A stretch of 64,000 nt of DNA, taken from NCBI GenBank assembly GCA_964389675.1, contig CAYMEV010000016.1, positions 1 to 64,000 of the forward strand, in the 5' to 3' direction. This stretch comes from an uncultured Candidatus Sumerlaeota bacterium. Its GTDB lineage: Bacteria; CAYMEV01. Of the stretch, positions 1 through 9,518 are shown one piece after another (position 1 is the stretch's first letter; each line of letters begins with the position of its first letter). The translations under genes and the position numbers were made by a program. The notes below the pieces were generated by a model, which saw only the letters and a list, made by a program, of their open reading frames with translations, was not told the DNA's origin and made no database searches.

Positions 1-166
1 AAGATCTTGGGAGACACACTATTTTTTTAATTTACAGAAAATATTTTACACTCTCAACTCCTTTATCCTGATTTTGCTATAATTCAGGATGTATTTCAAT
101 AAATTGCACATTTATATATTAACAAATCTCTTTTGCTTATGCCTGGATTATGGATTATTTTACTGA

Positions 167-604
167 TCAGCCTTTAAGTGCCTTTTCCAGGGCTTCTTCC
201 AGGTCATTGGGATTATCTGTGCCTATCCGGTATTTCTTTCCTGATTTTAGTATGATCTGAATAGCGGTCAGTCCTGAAACATTGTAAAGCCATCCGTGAG
301 GAGTAAGCCTTATGCCCCATCCATAGTACCACGCATTCCTTACAGTCTGGAAACTCTGGATCTCTTCAAGCAAAAACCTCTTTTTGATAAGGCCTATCCC
401 GAATGATATGTTCAGGTACTTTTCATCAACAGTAATTGTCAGGGAAAAGAACAGGGCAAAGACTGCTAACAGGATCAATGATATCAATAGTATAACAGCA
501 TTTTCTTCATAATATACAGAACAGAATGCTATGAGAAAAAATGCAGCTGCAAGAAATATCAAAGCAGTATAACCTGTCTGCGTGTGTTTATAAAAAAGCT
601 TCAT
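167..604 (-). CDS. Small membrane protein (2 TM plus possible bacterial PH-like domain)
   Basis: 145-aa ORF; two N-terminal hydrophobic segments, then GWGIR...WLYNVSG...IGTDNP pattern. Confidence 0.6.
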   Translation of the reverse strand: MKLFYKHTQTGYTALIFLAAAFFLIAFCSVYYEENAVILLISLILLAVFALFFSLTITVDEKYLNISFGIGLIKKRFLLEEIQSFQTVRNAWYYGWGIRLTPHGWLYNVSGLTAIQIILKSGKKYRIGTDNPNDLEEALEKALKG

Positions 605-923
605 CTTATTATTTGCATTATAATAGCAAAACCAGCCCGAATCAAATTATTCCTGCCTTTTTTATAAATGTTATACCCTTATGATGCTGCTGTATTTTAT
701 TCGCTCAGTCCCTTTTTATTTATATAATGGCAGAAGCCTTACAGCTTAGATCCTGGTATTCCAGGCTTTTATTAAACGGACATTTAGCCAGGTATTTAAC
801 AGCTCAGGATATTTAAATAACATTTCGTTTGAATACCTTTACAGGCCTGATAAAGAAAAGCAATGGTTTTTTTGATAGCTGGCATGGATCTGCCTGAATT
901 ACTGGTACTAATTCCCAACAGGG

Positions 924-1712
924 CTATTTCAGCTTTTCCACCTGCTCCTTTATCATCCTGTAAGCTTCATCATAGCCCGGAGGAGGACCGAATTCAAGCT
1001 CCCTTTCATTTATAAAAATAGAATCAGTAATTCCCCATTCATTGATCGCTTTACTGCTTATTGTATCTATTTCCCTGAATTCTACATTTTCTCCAAATTC
1101 AGCGGAAGCCTTCTTAAAATTCTCATAAACGGTGCTAAAGCTGGGGCACCATCCGTTTCTGAAAGCCGTCACCGTGACTTTGCCCTCTGTTATATGGGGT
1201 TTTTTCATTGCTTTGCGCCATTTCGGAGGCTTTACATCAGATGAGAAAGCTTTCCATACCAGTTCCTGAATCCCGGTAGTATCAGCAAGACTGTAACCAA
1301 ACCTTTTATAAAAGGCGGAAGGCATCCAGAAGGGTTCTGACAGCCCCCATGCTGCAATACCCTTAGCTCCCCTGTCTTTTACATCCTCTTCAGCAGACAG
1401 CAGTAATGCTTTCCCCATACCCCTGTTCTGGCGGCAGCCAATGCCTTTATCCTCATAGCCGTATACCCAGATGCAGGTTATCAGGTATATGCCATCACCT
1501 TCAATAAAAGAGTATTGAGACGGTATATACTGAATCATGCCGCTTACCTCTCCATCGTCATCAACTGCAACCTTTGCTCCGAGGCCCCTTGGCTTCATGT
1601 AATCATACCAAATACGCTTATGCTTCCGGGCATTCTTCATTTCCTCTGACCATTCTTCGAAACAGCACGCGAATGTAGGGAATGTCTCTTCGTTCACATC
1701 TGTAATTTTCAT
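924..1712 (-). CDS. GNAT-family N-acetyltransferase with C-terminal extra domain (YoaP-like)
   Basis: Acetyl-CoA motif QNRGMGKALL; FYKRFGY; C-terminal NGWCP; overlaps the cstA stop. Confidence 0.75.
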   Translation of the reverse strand: MKITDVNEETFPTFACCFEEWSEEMKNARKHKRIWYDYMKPRGLGAKVAVDDDGEVSGMIQYIPSQYSFIEGDGIYLITCIWVYGYEDKGIGCRQNRGMGKALLLSAEEDVKDRGAKGIAAWGLSEPFWMPSAFYKRFGYSLADTTGIQELVWKAFSSDVKPPKWRKAMKKPHITEGKVTVTAFRNGWCPSFSTVYENFKKASAEFGENVEFREIDTISSKAINEWGITDSIFINERELEFGPPPGYDEAYRMIKEQVEKLK

Positions 1713-3118
1713 ATTTGCTCCTTATCTTTTTTCAATCTTACTGACTTTATCCGAAGCAGAAACACTGCAGTAACAAATGCTGTAAATACTGCAGATATAA
1801 TAATGCCTTCCCAGTAAGGAATCCTGAATCCCTCCTTTGCTACAAGTATATAGGATGTGGCAACCATGGTCATGAATACAGCAGGGATAAATGCGATAAG
1901 GAAGAACCTCCTGTATTTTACAAGGAAGACTGCAGAAGTCCATAATACTATGGTTGCAAGTGTCTGGTTCGACCATGCAAAATATCTCCATATTATTGAA
2001 AAATCAATAAAGCACAGGGATGTACCTATTATAAACAATGGTACAGCTATATACAGCCTGTTCATGATCTTCTTCTGCTCAAGGTTTAGTGCATCTGCAA
2101 TAGTCAGACGGGAGCTTCTGAATGCAGTATCCCCTGATGTTATAGGGCATACAACAACACCCAACAGCGCTATGAACCCTCCTACCCTGCCCAGGGAGGA
2201 ATTCAGGATCTTGTATACTATAACTGCCGGGCTCCCAGCCTGCAGGAGGCTGTTTGTATCCTTAAAGAAGGCAATAGCTGCTGCTGCCCATATCAGGGCA
2301 ATAATACCCTCTGCTATCATTGCTCCGTAGAAAACCCTCCTTCCGTTCCTCTCCTCCACAACACAGCGTGCCATGAGAGGTGACTGAGTGGCATGAAAGC
2401 CGCTTATAGCCCCGCATGCAATTGTGATGAAAAGGAATGGAAATATGGGTATGTTTTTGGGATGAAGATTCAAAATATTAACCTCAGGAATATCATGTCC
2501 CTTCAGAAGAATGCCGACCAGCAGTCCCAGAGCCATCAGAAAGAGAAGAATTCCCAGATAGGGATAAAGCCTGCCTATGATCTTATCGATTGGAAGGAGC
2601 GTTGCTATTATGAAATAAATTATTATTATGATAACCCATGCAAGGTTATCCATATCTGTCAGATTTTCAAGAAGGTCTGCAGGACCCTTTATGAAAACAG
2701 TCCCGACAAGGACCAGAAGGATTACAGAAAATACCCTCATTATCTGCTTCATAAGTTTCCCGAGATAAAAATCGGTGACTTCCGATATGCTTACTCCATT
2801 ATGCCTCAATGAAAGCATACCAGAAAAATAATCATGAACAGCCCCGGCAAAAATACAGCCAAATACTATCCATAGATAAGCGACCGGCCCCCAGACTGCC
2901 CCTGAAACAGCACCAAATATGGGGCCCAGGCCGGCTATATTTAAGAGCTGTATCAGGAATATCCTTTTCCATTTCATGGGCACATAATCAATACCGTCAT
3001 TTTTAGCTGTAGCAGGAGTCTTACTATCATTATTTATTACAAATATTTTCTCAACAACCCGTGAGTAGATAAAATAGCCCAGAAGCAGAAGGATGATGGA
3101 GGCAATAAAACTGATCAT
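1709..3118 (-). CDS. cstA: Carbon starvation protein A family transporter
   Basis: TPA...DGIDYVP, IAGLGPIFGA, GAVHDY, ITIACGAISGFHATQSP, FYGAMIAEG, TSGDTAFR; many TM helices. Confidence 0.92.
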   Translation of the reverse strand: MISFIASIILLLLGYFIYSRVVEKIFVINNDSKTPATAKNDGIDYVPMKWKRIFLIQLLNIAGLGPIFGAVSGAVWGPVAYLWIVFGCIFAGAVHDYFSGMLSLRHNGVSISEVTDFYLGKLMKQIMRVFSVILLVLVGTVFIKGPADLLENLTDMDNLAWVIIIIIYFIIATLLPIDKIIGRLYPYLGILLFLMALGLLVGILLKGHDIPEVNILNLHPKNIPIFPFLFITIACGAISGFHATQSPLMARCVVEERNGRRVFYGAMIAEGIIALIWAAAAIAFFKDTNSLLQAGSPAVIVYKILNSSLGRVGGFIALLGVVVCPITSGDTAFRSSRLTIADALNLEQKKIMNRLYIAVPLFIIGTSLCFIDFSIIWRYFAWSNQTLATIVLWTSAVFLVKYRRFFLIAFIPAVFMTMVATSYILVAKEGFRIPYWEGIIISAVFTAFVTAVFLLRIKSVRLKKDKEQI

Positions 3119-3155
3119 AAAAGGTATTCCCTCTCATGTTATTATTATTGTTTAG

Positions 3156-3183
3156 ATGGTAAGAAAACCATCCATTTTGTCAA
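3156..3183 (-). promoter_or_regulatory. Putative sigma-70 promoter of cstA (TTGACA-N16-TACCAT)
   Basis: Read on the minus strand upstream of the cstA ATG. Confidence 0.55.
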
Positions 3184-3209
3184 ACAATTTGGCCCTGTTT
3201 TTAATTATC

Positions 3210-3237
3210 TTTACTTTTAATGTAACTGGACTATATT
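3210..3237 (+). promoter_or_regulatory. Putative sigma-70 promoter of thrS (TTTACT-N16-TATATT)
   Basis: Divergent from the cstA promoter. Confidence 0.4.
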
Positions 3238-3294
3238 ATTCCACGTAAGTTATTCGGACTGCAAGATTAATATTTATAGAAGAGGTTTTCTAAG

Positions 3295-5223
3295 ATGATA
3301 AAGATTACATTTCCTGATAATTCGGTAAAAAAGATTGAACCTGTCTCCGCACGGGAAATAGCAAAAAACATAAGCAACCGGCTTGGCAATGAAGCAATAG
3401 CAGCAAAATTTAATGATAGATTTATAGACTTAAATACAGTTATTGATGAAGACGGAAAGATAGAGTTTCTAACCTTCGAAAGTGAAAAAGGCAAGGACAT
3501 TTTCTGGCATTCCTCAAGCCATATAATGGCTCAGGCAGTTAAGGAACTATTCCCCGATACAAAGATAGCCATAGGGCCTGCAATTGATAATGGCTTTTAT
3601 TATGATTTTGACAGGAAAGAAGCATTTACAGAGTCAGACCTGGAAAAGATCGAAAAAAGAATGCATGAAATTGCAAGCCAGAAACAGATATTTACAAGAA
3701 AGGTACTTAAAAGGGATGAAGCGCTTAGATTGTTTAAGGATATGAGCGAGGACTATAAACTTGAACTTATATCAGAGCTCCCGGAAGACCAGGAGATAAG
3801 TATCTATACCAACGGGAACTTCACCGATCTTTGTAAAGGGCCTCATATACCCGATACAGGCTATGTAAAGAAATTCAAGCTTTTAAGCATTGCAGGCGCT
3901 TACTGGCGAGGAGACTCAAATAATAAGATGCTGCAGAGGATCTATGGGATCTCCTTCCCCAAGGCGAAGATGCTGCAGGAATATCTGCAGTTTTTGGAAG
4001 AAGCAAAAAGAAGGGACCACAGGAAACTTGGAAAAGAGCTTGAACTTTTCATGTTTGATGACAAGGTAGGCCAGGGACTTCCCATATGGCTGCCTAAAGG
4101 AGCGCTGATGAGGAAGATAATAGAGGATTTCTGGAAGAACGAGCATCTTAAAAACGGGTACCAGCTATTAAATACTCCCCATATCGGCAAATCAGAATTA
4201 TGGGAAACCAGCGGCCATCTTGATTTCTACCGGGAATCAATGTATTCAGCAATAAATATTGATGATGTGGATTATTATGCAAAACCGATGAACTGCCCAT
4301 TCCATCTCACCGTCTATAAGAACAAGATACACAGTTACAGGGACCTGCCGATAAAGTACGCAGAACTCGGGACTGTCTACAGATATGAGCTGTCAGGTGC
4401 TCTTCACGGGCTTTTACGGGTAAGAGGCTTTACCCAGGATGATGCCCATATAATAGTAACCCCGGAACAGCTGGAGGAGGAGATCATCAGGACTGTGGAT
4501 TTTTCAATATATATGCTGAGATCCTTTGGCTTAAATGTATATGACATATATATCTCAACAAAGCCTGAAAAATACCATGGCACTGACAAGGAGTGGGAAA
4601 CCGCTACCAAATCCCTTGAGATTGCACTTAAGAAAAATAAACTGGAATATCAGTACGATATCGGCGGCGGTGTGTTCTATGGACCCAAGATAGATATAAA
4701 GGTTAAGGATGTTCTGGGAAGGACCTGGCAGTGTTCAACCATACAGTTTGACTTCAATCTGTCAGATAAGTTCGATATGAGCTTTATCGGTGAAGATGGC
4801 CAGGAGCACAAACCATATGTGATCCACAGGGCTCTTCTTGGTTCACTTGAGAGATTTTTCGGCGTTTTAATAGAGCACTATGCAGGAAGGTTCCCGACCT
4901 GGCTGTCGCCAGTCCAGACAATTATTATTCCGGTATCTGAAAAATACGAGGAATATGCAAATTCAGTATATCAAAAATTCATTGAAAGCAGTATAAGGAC
5001 CACCTTTGACAACAGGAGTTCAAAAGTAGGCTATAAGATACATGAAGCTGAAGATCAGAAAATACCATATATCCTTGTTCTCGGTGAGAATGAGAAAAAC
5101 GGAGCTGATTTCCCTGTAAGGAAATGCGGGAGAATCGACCTGGGGAAAATGGCACTAAAGGATATTATTGACAGGATCAGGTATGAAGATTCAGCAAAAA
5201 GGGATATACCTGTACAGAATTAA
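3295..5223 (+). CDS. thrS: Threonine--tRNA ligase
   Basis: TGS N-terminus, editing motifs HSSSH and DLCKGPH, RDHRKLG, KPMNCP, RVRGFTQDDAH, FYGPKID, GSLERF. Confidence 0.98.
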   Translation: MIKITFPDNSVKKIEPVSAREIAKNISNRLGNEAIAAKFNDRFIDLNTVIDEDGKIEFLTFESEKGKDIFWHSSSHIMAQAVKELFPDTKIAIGPAIDNGFYYDFDRKEAFTESDLEKIEKRMHEIASQKQIFTRKVLKRDEALRLFKDMSEDYKLELISELPEDQEISIYTNGNFTDLCKGPHIPDTGYVKKFKLLSIAGAYWRGDSNNKMLQRIYGISFPKAKMLQEYLQFLEEAKRRDHRKLGKELELFMFDDKVGQGLPIWLPKGALMRKIIEDFWKNEHLKNGYQLLNTPHIGKSELWETSGHLDFYRESMYSAINIDDVDYYAKPMNCPFHLTVYKNKIHSYRDLPIKYAELGTVYRYELSGALHGLLRVRGFTQDDAHIIVTPEQLEEEIIRTVDFSIYMLRSFGLNVYDIYISTKPEKYHGTDKEWETATKSLEIALKKNKLEYQYDIGGGVFYGPKIDIKVKDVLGRTWQCSTIQFDFNLSDKFDMSFIGEDGQEHKPYVIHRALLGSLERFFGVLIEHYAGRFPTWLSPVQTIIIPVSEKYEEYANSVYQKFIESSIRTTFDNRSSKVGYKIHEAEDQKIPYILVLGENEKNGADFPVRKCGRIDLGKMALKDIIDRIRYEDSAKRDIPVQN

Positions 5224-5250
5224 AATTAAATACTGAATAAACATCGTTTC

Positions 5251-5389
5251 TGCAGATTGACCGGCTAATAAAGATATGCTTTATTGCCAGTGCCAGGCCT
5301 GCAATGATAATTATAAATGATCTGATGCCAGTATATAATAGTATAATGCACTCCAGGCAATTAGCCTGCACTCAGGTTGATCAGCCTGA
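5251..5389. other. Cluster of hairpins between convergent thrS and dodecin (terminator, REP-like element or structured RNA)
   Basis: GGC(T)AATAAAG/CTTTATTGCC, CAGGC/GCCTG and TCAGG/CCTGA inverted repeats. Confidence 0.35.
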
Positions 5390-5435
5390 ATAAATGTAAT
5401 TACAGTTTGGTTCTTTCTAATTTCAGCAGTATAAT

Positions 5436-5639
5436 TTAATCAGACAGGATAAAGGTAATTACCAGTGTAACGCGGTAATCAATTATCTTACCCTTTTCTA
5501 TAACCATCTGCTGATCCTTTATCCAGGCACCCTTTACATTCTCCAGTGTTTTATTGGCTCTCTGGATACCCTGTTTGATAGCATCATCAAAGCTCTTTTT
5601 TGATGATGCTATAATTTCAGATACTTTTGCAACAGACAT
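5436..5639 (-). CDS. Dodecin-family protein
   Basis: 67 aa, SVAKVSEIIASS..SFDDAI..GI.RA.KTL, YRV.L.ITF; GGAGG RBS. Confidence 0.9.
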   Translation of the reverse strand: MSVAKVSEIIASSKKSFDDAIKQGIQRANKTLENVKGAWIKDQQMVIEKGKIIDYRVTLVITFILSD

Positions 5640-5823
5640 AATGACCTCCTATATTTTTTTATTATATCTTTTCAGTATAGCATATCCTTTTTTATAAATC
5701 CAGAACAATTCAGAAATAAATATTTAAGACAAAAGGATCTTTTCAATGTTTTAAGCATCTTTACATGTTTGATATACAGTATCCCAGCATAAGTAAAATT
5801 TTGTTCTTATAAAGATTCAGAAA

Positions 5824-7662
5824 ATGCATTATAATATCTTCCCAGTTATGAATAAAATTTTTACAAAAGCCCGGAACAGGTCAAAGAGGATCTGCCTTGC
5901 CATGATGAACCGCATAAAGGCCTGCAGACTGCAGAAAAAAATCTTTTATGAAACAAAAATATACAGGACATGGTATCCCGGGCCAATCAAGGAAGACACC
6001 CTGACAGACAATACAGTATCCTATAATATATTCGGTCAAAAACTGGATATCTCCAGCATAAACTGGCATATGGATTATATCTCAGGCATTGAATTTGAAA
6101 AAAAACGCTTTGACAGGATTAAAATAAAAAAATATTTCAACAGGGCTGATGTCAAATTCCCGTGGGAAACCTCAAGGCTGTATTTCCTTACTGATATAGC
6201 CAGAGCTTTCCTTATCAAAAAGGACAATAATTATATAAATTTATATAAAGAAATTATAATAAACTGGCAAAGGGAAAATCCATATCTTACAGGAATTAAC
6301 TGGTTCTCCGGAATGGAGGCGTCTATAAGGGCAATAAATATCATTGTATCATATAATATTTTAGAAAATTATCTTTCTGAAGACAGGCTGTTCTGCTCAA
6401 ATCTCTCAATACTGCTTTCAAAGCATCTTGAATATATAATTGCCTTTTTTGAAAATATAGAGAACAACCACAAAATTGCCTGCTATTCAGGTATCCTCTT
6501 TTTATCCATGAGCCTGCAGGACTACCCTCTATCAGCAGAATACAGGAAAAAAGCCCTGGATGGCCTGGTTGAGTGCATAAATTCCCAGGTTCTTGAAGAC
6601 GGTGCTGATCATGAGGGATCAATTGCCTATCACAGGCTTGTACTTGAATTATTCTCCTGTTCGGCATTATTATGCATTGCAAACAATATAGACCTCGGAG
6701 AAGATTTTTACAAAAAACTATTTAAGATGTATGAGTTTTCAGCAGCATATATGGATCATTCGGGCAATGCGCCTCAGGTTGGGGATAATGACAGCGGCAG
6801 GGTAATCATATATGATAAGTCAGAAGAGCACGATCACTCATACCTTCTTGAAATAGGAGAGCTGATCTTTGATCACAGATTCCCCAGCCAGTCATACAGA
6901 AAGAAAAACATTATGAAGCTATCAGTTCCTGAGCCAGAAAGAAGGATAGACATCCAAAAAGCCGGAATAATCCCCAGGAAAACTGCAGATACAATATTTT
7001 TTAAAGACCTTAATGCCATTATATTAAAGGATGAGTTTTTTTCAGTATTCATAAGCTGTTTCCCGGCCAGATATGAAAACAGCGGGCATTTTCACCTGGA
7101 CAGGGGAAGCTTCACATTATCCTTTAAGGGCAGGCAGATAATAGTCGATCCCGGAAGCTACAGCTATACAGGGGATATCTGCATGAGGAAAAGGTTCCGG
7201 TCCAGGCTTTACCACAATATTCCAGTCACCAGAGAAGAGTATGAAAAAGACAGCCTTCCTGATGATCTGTGGGACATCAGGACACCATACTACTCTGAGA
7301 TTACCGGTATGGATCAAAGCAGTACAGACCTGATAATCTTCAATAAAGAAACTGGTTATCAGATAAAAAGGCATATAGAGATAAAAAATGGAAAATTCAT
7401 ATTAAAAGACATATCTGATTCAGAGATATTATCCCTTCTGCACTTTCACCCGCAGCTGGATATAAATCAAAGAAACAATATGCCCCAGGCTGTCCTGAAA
7501 GGCTCTATCCTCTGTAATATAAGAACAGATTCAGATATAGGCCTCACTGACTATTATTACAGCCATAAATACGGCACAAAGCTGCCTGCAAAATGCCTTG
7601 TGGCAAAATCCCCCAATTCCCTGGAAATTGTAATTGAATTTGAGCAAGCTCAGTTACTTTGA
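5824..7662 (+). CDS. Heparinase II/III-family (alginate lyase-like) protein
   Basis: DVKFPWE.SR, NW...ME.SIR, NNH, DG.DHEGS.AYH, GDNDSGR, GH.H.D, VDPGSYSY, HN; start uncertain (5848 possible). Confidence 0.82.
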   Translation: MHYNIFPVMNKIFTKARNRSKRICLAMMNRIKACRLQKKIFYETKIYRTWYPGPIKEDTLTDNTVSYNIFGQKLDISSINWHMDYISGIEFEKKRFDRIKIKKYFNRADVKFPWETSRLYFLTDIARAFLIKKDNNYINLYKEIIINWQRENPYLTGINWFSGMEASIRAINIIVSYNILENYLSEDRLFCSNLSILLSKHLEYIIAFFENIENNHKIACYSGILFLSMSLQDYPLSAEYRKKALDGLVECINSQVLEDGADHEGSIAYHRLVLELFSCSALLCIANNIDLGEDFYKKLFKMYEFSAAYMDHSGNAPQVGDNDSGRVIIYDKSEEHDHSYLLEIGELIFDHRFPSQSYRKKNIMKLSVPEPERRIDIQKAGIIPRKTADTIFFKDLNAIILKDEFFSVFISCFPARYENSGHFHLDRGSFTLSFKGRQIIVDPGSYSYTGDICMRKRFRSRLYHNIPVTREEYEKDSLPDDLWDIRTPYYSEITGMDQSSTDLIIFNKETGYQIKRHIEIKNGKFILKDISDSEILSLLHFHPQLDINQRNNMPQAVLKGSILCNIRTDSDIGLTDYYYSHKYGTKLPAKCLVAKSPNSLEIVIEFEQAQLL

Positions 7663-7676
7663 TCTTTATGCAGCGG

Positions 7677-8456
7677 TCATTTATTTTTATCCGGCTGACC
7701 TTTTAATGACAGGTAGGCAACTGAGTTATTATAGATCAATTGTTCAAGGGTATCAGGATCAGCTTTTCTTATCCTTGCAAGCTCTTTGAGAATTACAGGT
7801 AAATTGGAGGGATAATTGACCTGCCCTTTCACAGGAGACATCACGGGGGAATCGGTCTCAAGAAGAAGCCTGTCCTCCGGGACAAGCCTTGCAAGCTTTT
7901 GTTTCTGGGCTGAGTAGAAGATGCTTCCCGGTATGGAGAAGAAATAGCCGTGTTTTTCTGCAGCATCCCTGGCTTTTCCGCCTTTACCGGAAAAAGCATG
8001 CATATTTACAGGTATTTTGAGATCGAATGAATTCAGTATCTCAATAGCCTTATCTCCGGCTGAACGTGAATGCACGCTCAGGGGGAGGCCAAATTTTATT
8101 CCTGTTTTTATAAATTCCCTAAAGATGCTTTCCTGGACATCCCTTTCGGTATGATCCCTGATCTTAAAGAAATCCAGGCCTATTTCCCCGATACATGATA
8201 TCTTTTCATAATTCTGCTCGATAAGCTTCAGTGTCTTTTCCGATTCTCTGATATCAGTGCTTTCAGGGTGATGCCCCAGGCCAGCTTTTATAATCGGATA
8301 TCTGGATGTCAGATCCAGTACTCTGAGGTTATCTTCATAGTTCTCACCGACTGAAAGAATTCTTGTGATACCGGCATCTTCAGCTTTTTTTATAATACTG
8401 TCAATGTCTGTATCAAATAGATCTGAAGAAAGATGGCAATGCACATCAATAAACAT
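7677..8456 (-). CDS. tatD: TatD-family hydrolase/nuclease
   Basis: DVHCH, GHHP, GEIGLD, VHSR, MHAF, LETDSP. Confidence 0.9.
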   Translation of the reverse strand: MFIDVHCHLSSDLFDTDIDSIIKKAEDAGITRILSVGENYEDNLRVLDLTSRYPIIKAGLGHHPESTDIRESEKTLKLIEQNYEKISCIGEIGLDFFKIRDHTERDVQESIFREFIKTGIKFGLPLSVHSRSAGDKAIEILNSFDLKIPVNMHAFSGKGGKARDAAEKHGYFFSIPGSIFYSAQKQKLARLVPEDRLLLETDSPVMSPVKGQVNYPSNLPVILKELARIRKADPDTLEQLIYNNSVAYLSLKGQPDKNK

Positions 8457-9517
8457 TATTCTTTCCTGTATAGATAGGATATCCTGCAGCTTCCCTCAAG
8501 GGAGACCATACATGGCCCGATGGGGTTTTCCGGCCTGCATGACTTTGCAAAAAGCCTGCATTCATGTGGCTTTTTCTTTCCGAGAATTATACTGCTGCAG
8601 ATGCAGCCAGGGTTGGACCCGTCACTCTTATGTTCAGGTACTTTTTCGTTTTTGAGTATATCAAGATGTGCATAATCTTTCCGGAAAAAGAATCCCGTTT
8701 CAGGCAGAGGGCCGATCCCTCTCCATAATGATCTATCTTTATGAAATACTTTATTGATGATAGCTATGGCCTTTTGATTACCCTCATACTTAACAGCCCT
8801 TTTGTATACATTATGAACAGCAGTATCCCCGGTTAAAATTGATTTAAGGATCTGTTCAACTGCCCTGAGCACATCCTCTGGCTCAAAGCCGGCAGCACAT
8901 GAAGGCATCTGGTATTTCCGGGAGATATCCTCATAGGGCCCCAGGCCGGACATAATACTGGCATGCCCGGGTATGATAAGTGCATCAATGCCCCTGATCT
9001 CTGATGAAAGGAGAATGTCCACTGCTTTAGGGACATACCTCAGGGAAAGGTAATAGAACAGGTTTGGGGGAGACCCGGTTAGTATGGTTCCTGCAACTGG
9101 CCCTGCCGTTGTTTCAAAACCGACACAGAAAAATATGAATCTTTTATCAGGATGCATGCCGGCTATGTTTACAGCATCCTGCGGGCCAAGGATGATATTC
9201 ACCTGACAGCCTGTGCTTTTCAGCATCTGAAGTGTGATCGTTGATGAGGGGACCCTCATCATATCCCCGAATGTAAGAATGGCGTAGCCCTGTTTCGCAA
9301 GATGAATGATATCATCGAGGTCCCCGGAGGGGCATACGCATACAGGGCATCCCGGCCCGGCAATTACTTCAACACTTTCAGGAAGGAGGGACCTTATATC
9401 ATATCTTGATATGGTATGCTCATGGGTGCCGCATACATGCATGATCTTTATATCTCTTTTAATCTCAGACGATAGATCCGCAATTGAGCCTTGGAGATAT
9501 GATATGGCTTTTTTCAA
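8456..9517 (-). CDS. hypD: [NiFe]-hydrogenase maturation protein HypD
   Basis: CGTHEH, GPGCPVC, GFETT, PGHAS, GFEP, C-terminal Cys cluster ending GPCMVSLEGSC. Confidence 0.95.
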   Translation of the reverse strand: MKKAISYLQGSIADLSSEIKRDIKIMHVCGTHEHTISRYDIRSLLPESVEVIAGPGCPVCVCPSGDLDDIIHLAKQGYAILTFGDMMRVPSSTITLQMLKSTGCQVNIILGPQDAVNIAGMHPDKRFIFFCVGFETTAGPVAGTILTGSPPNLFYYLSLRYVPKAVDILLSSEIRGIDALIIPGHASIMSGLGPYEDISRKYQMPSCAAGFEPEDVLRAVEQILKSILTGDTAVHNVYKRAVKYEGNQKAIAIINKVFHKDRSLWRGIGPLPETGFFFRKDYAHLDILKNEKVPEHKSDGSNPGCICSSIILGKKKPHECRLFAKSCRPENPIGPCMVSLEGSCRISYLYRKE

Positions 9518-9518
9518 A

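Noticed and set aside
625-640. Possible sigma-54 promoter upstream of the 145-aa gene
   Set aside because: GG to GC spacing is 9, not 10; it fits an extended -10 better.
3238-3294. T-box leader for thrS
   Set aside because: The leader is too short and has no T-box consensus or terminator.
5177-5371. 64-aa hydrophobic minus-strand ORF as a possible toxin peptide
   Set aside because: GTG start without an RBS, overlaps the thrS end, and has no supporting features.
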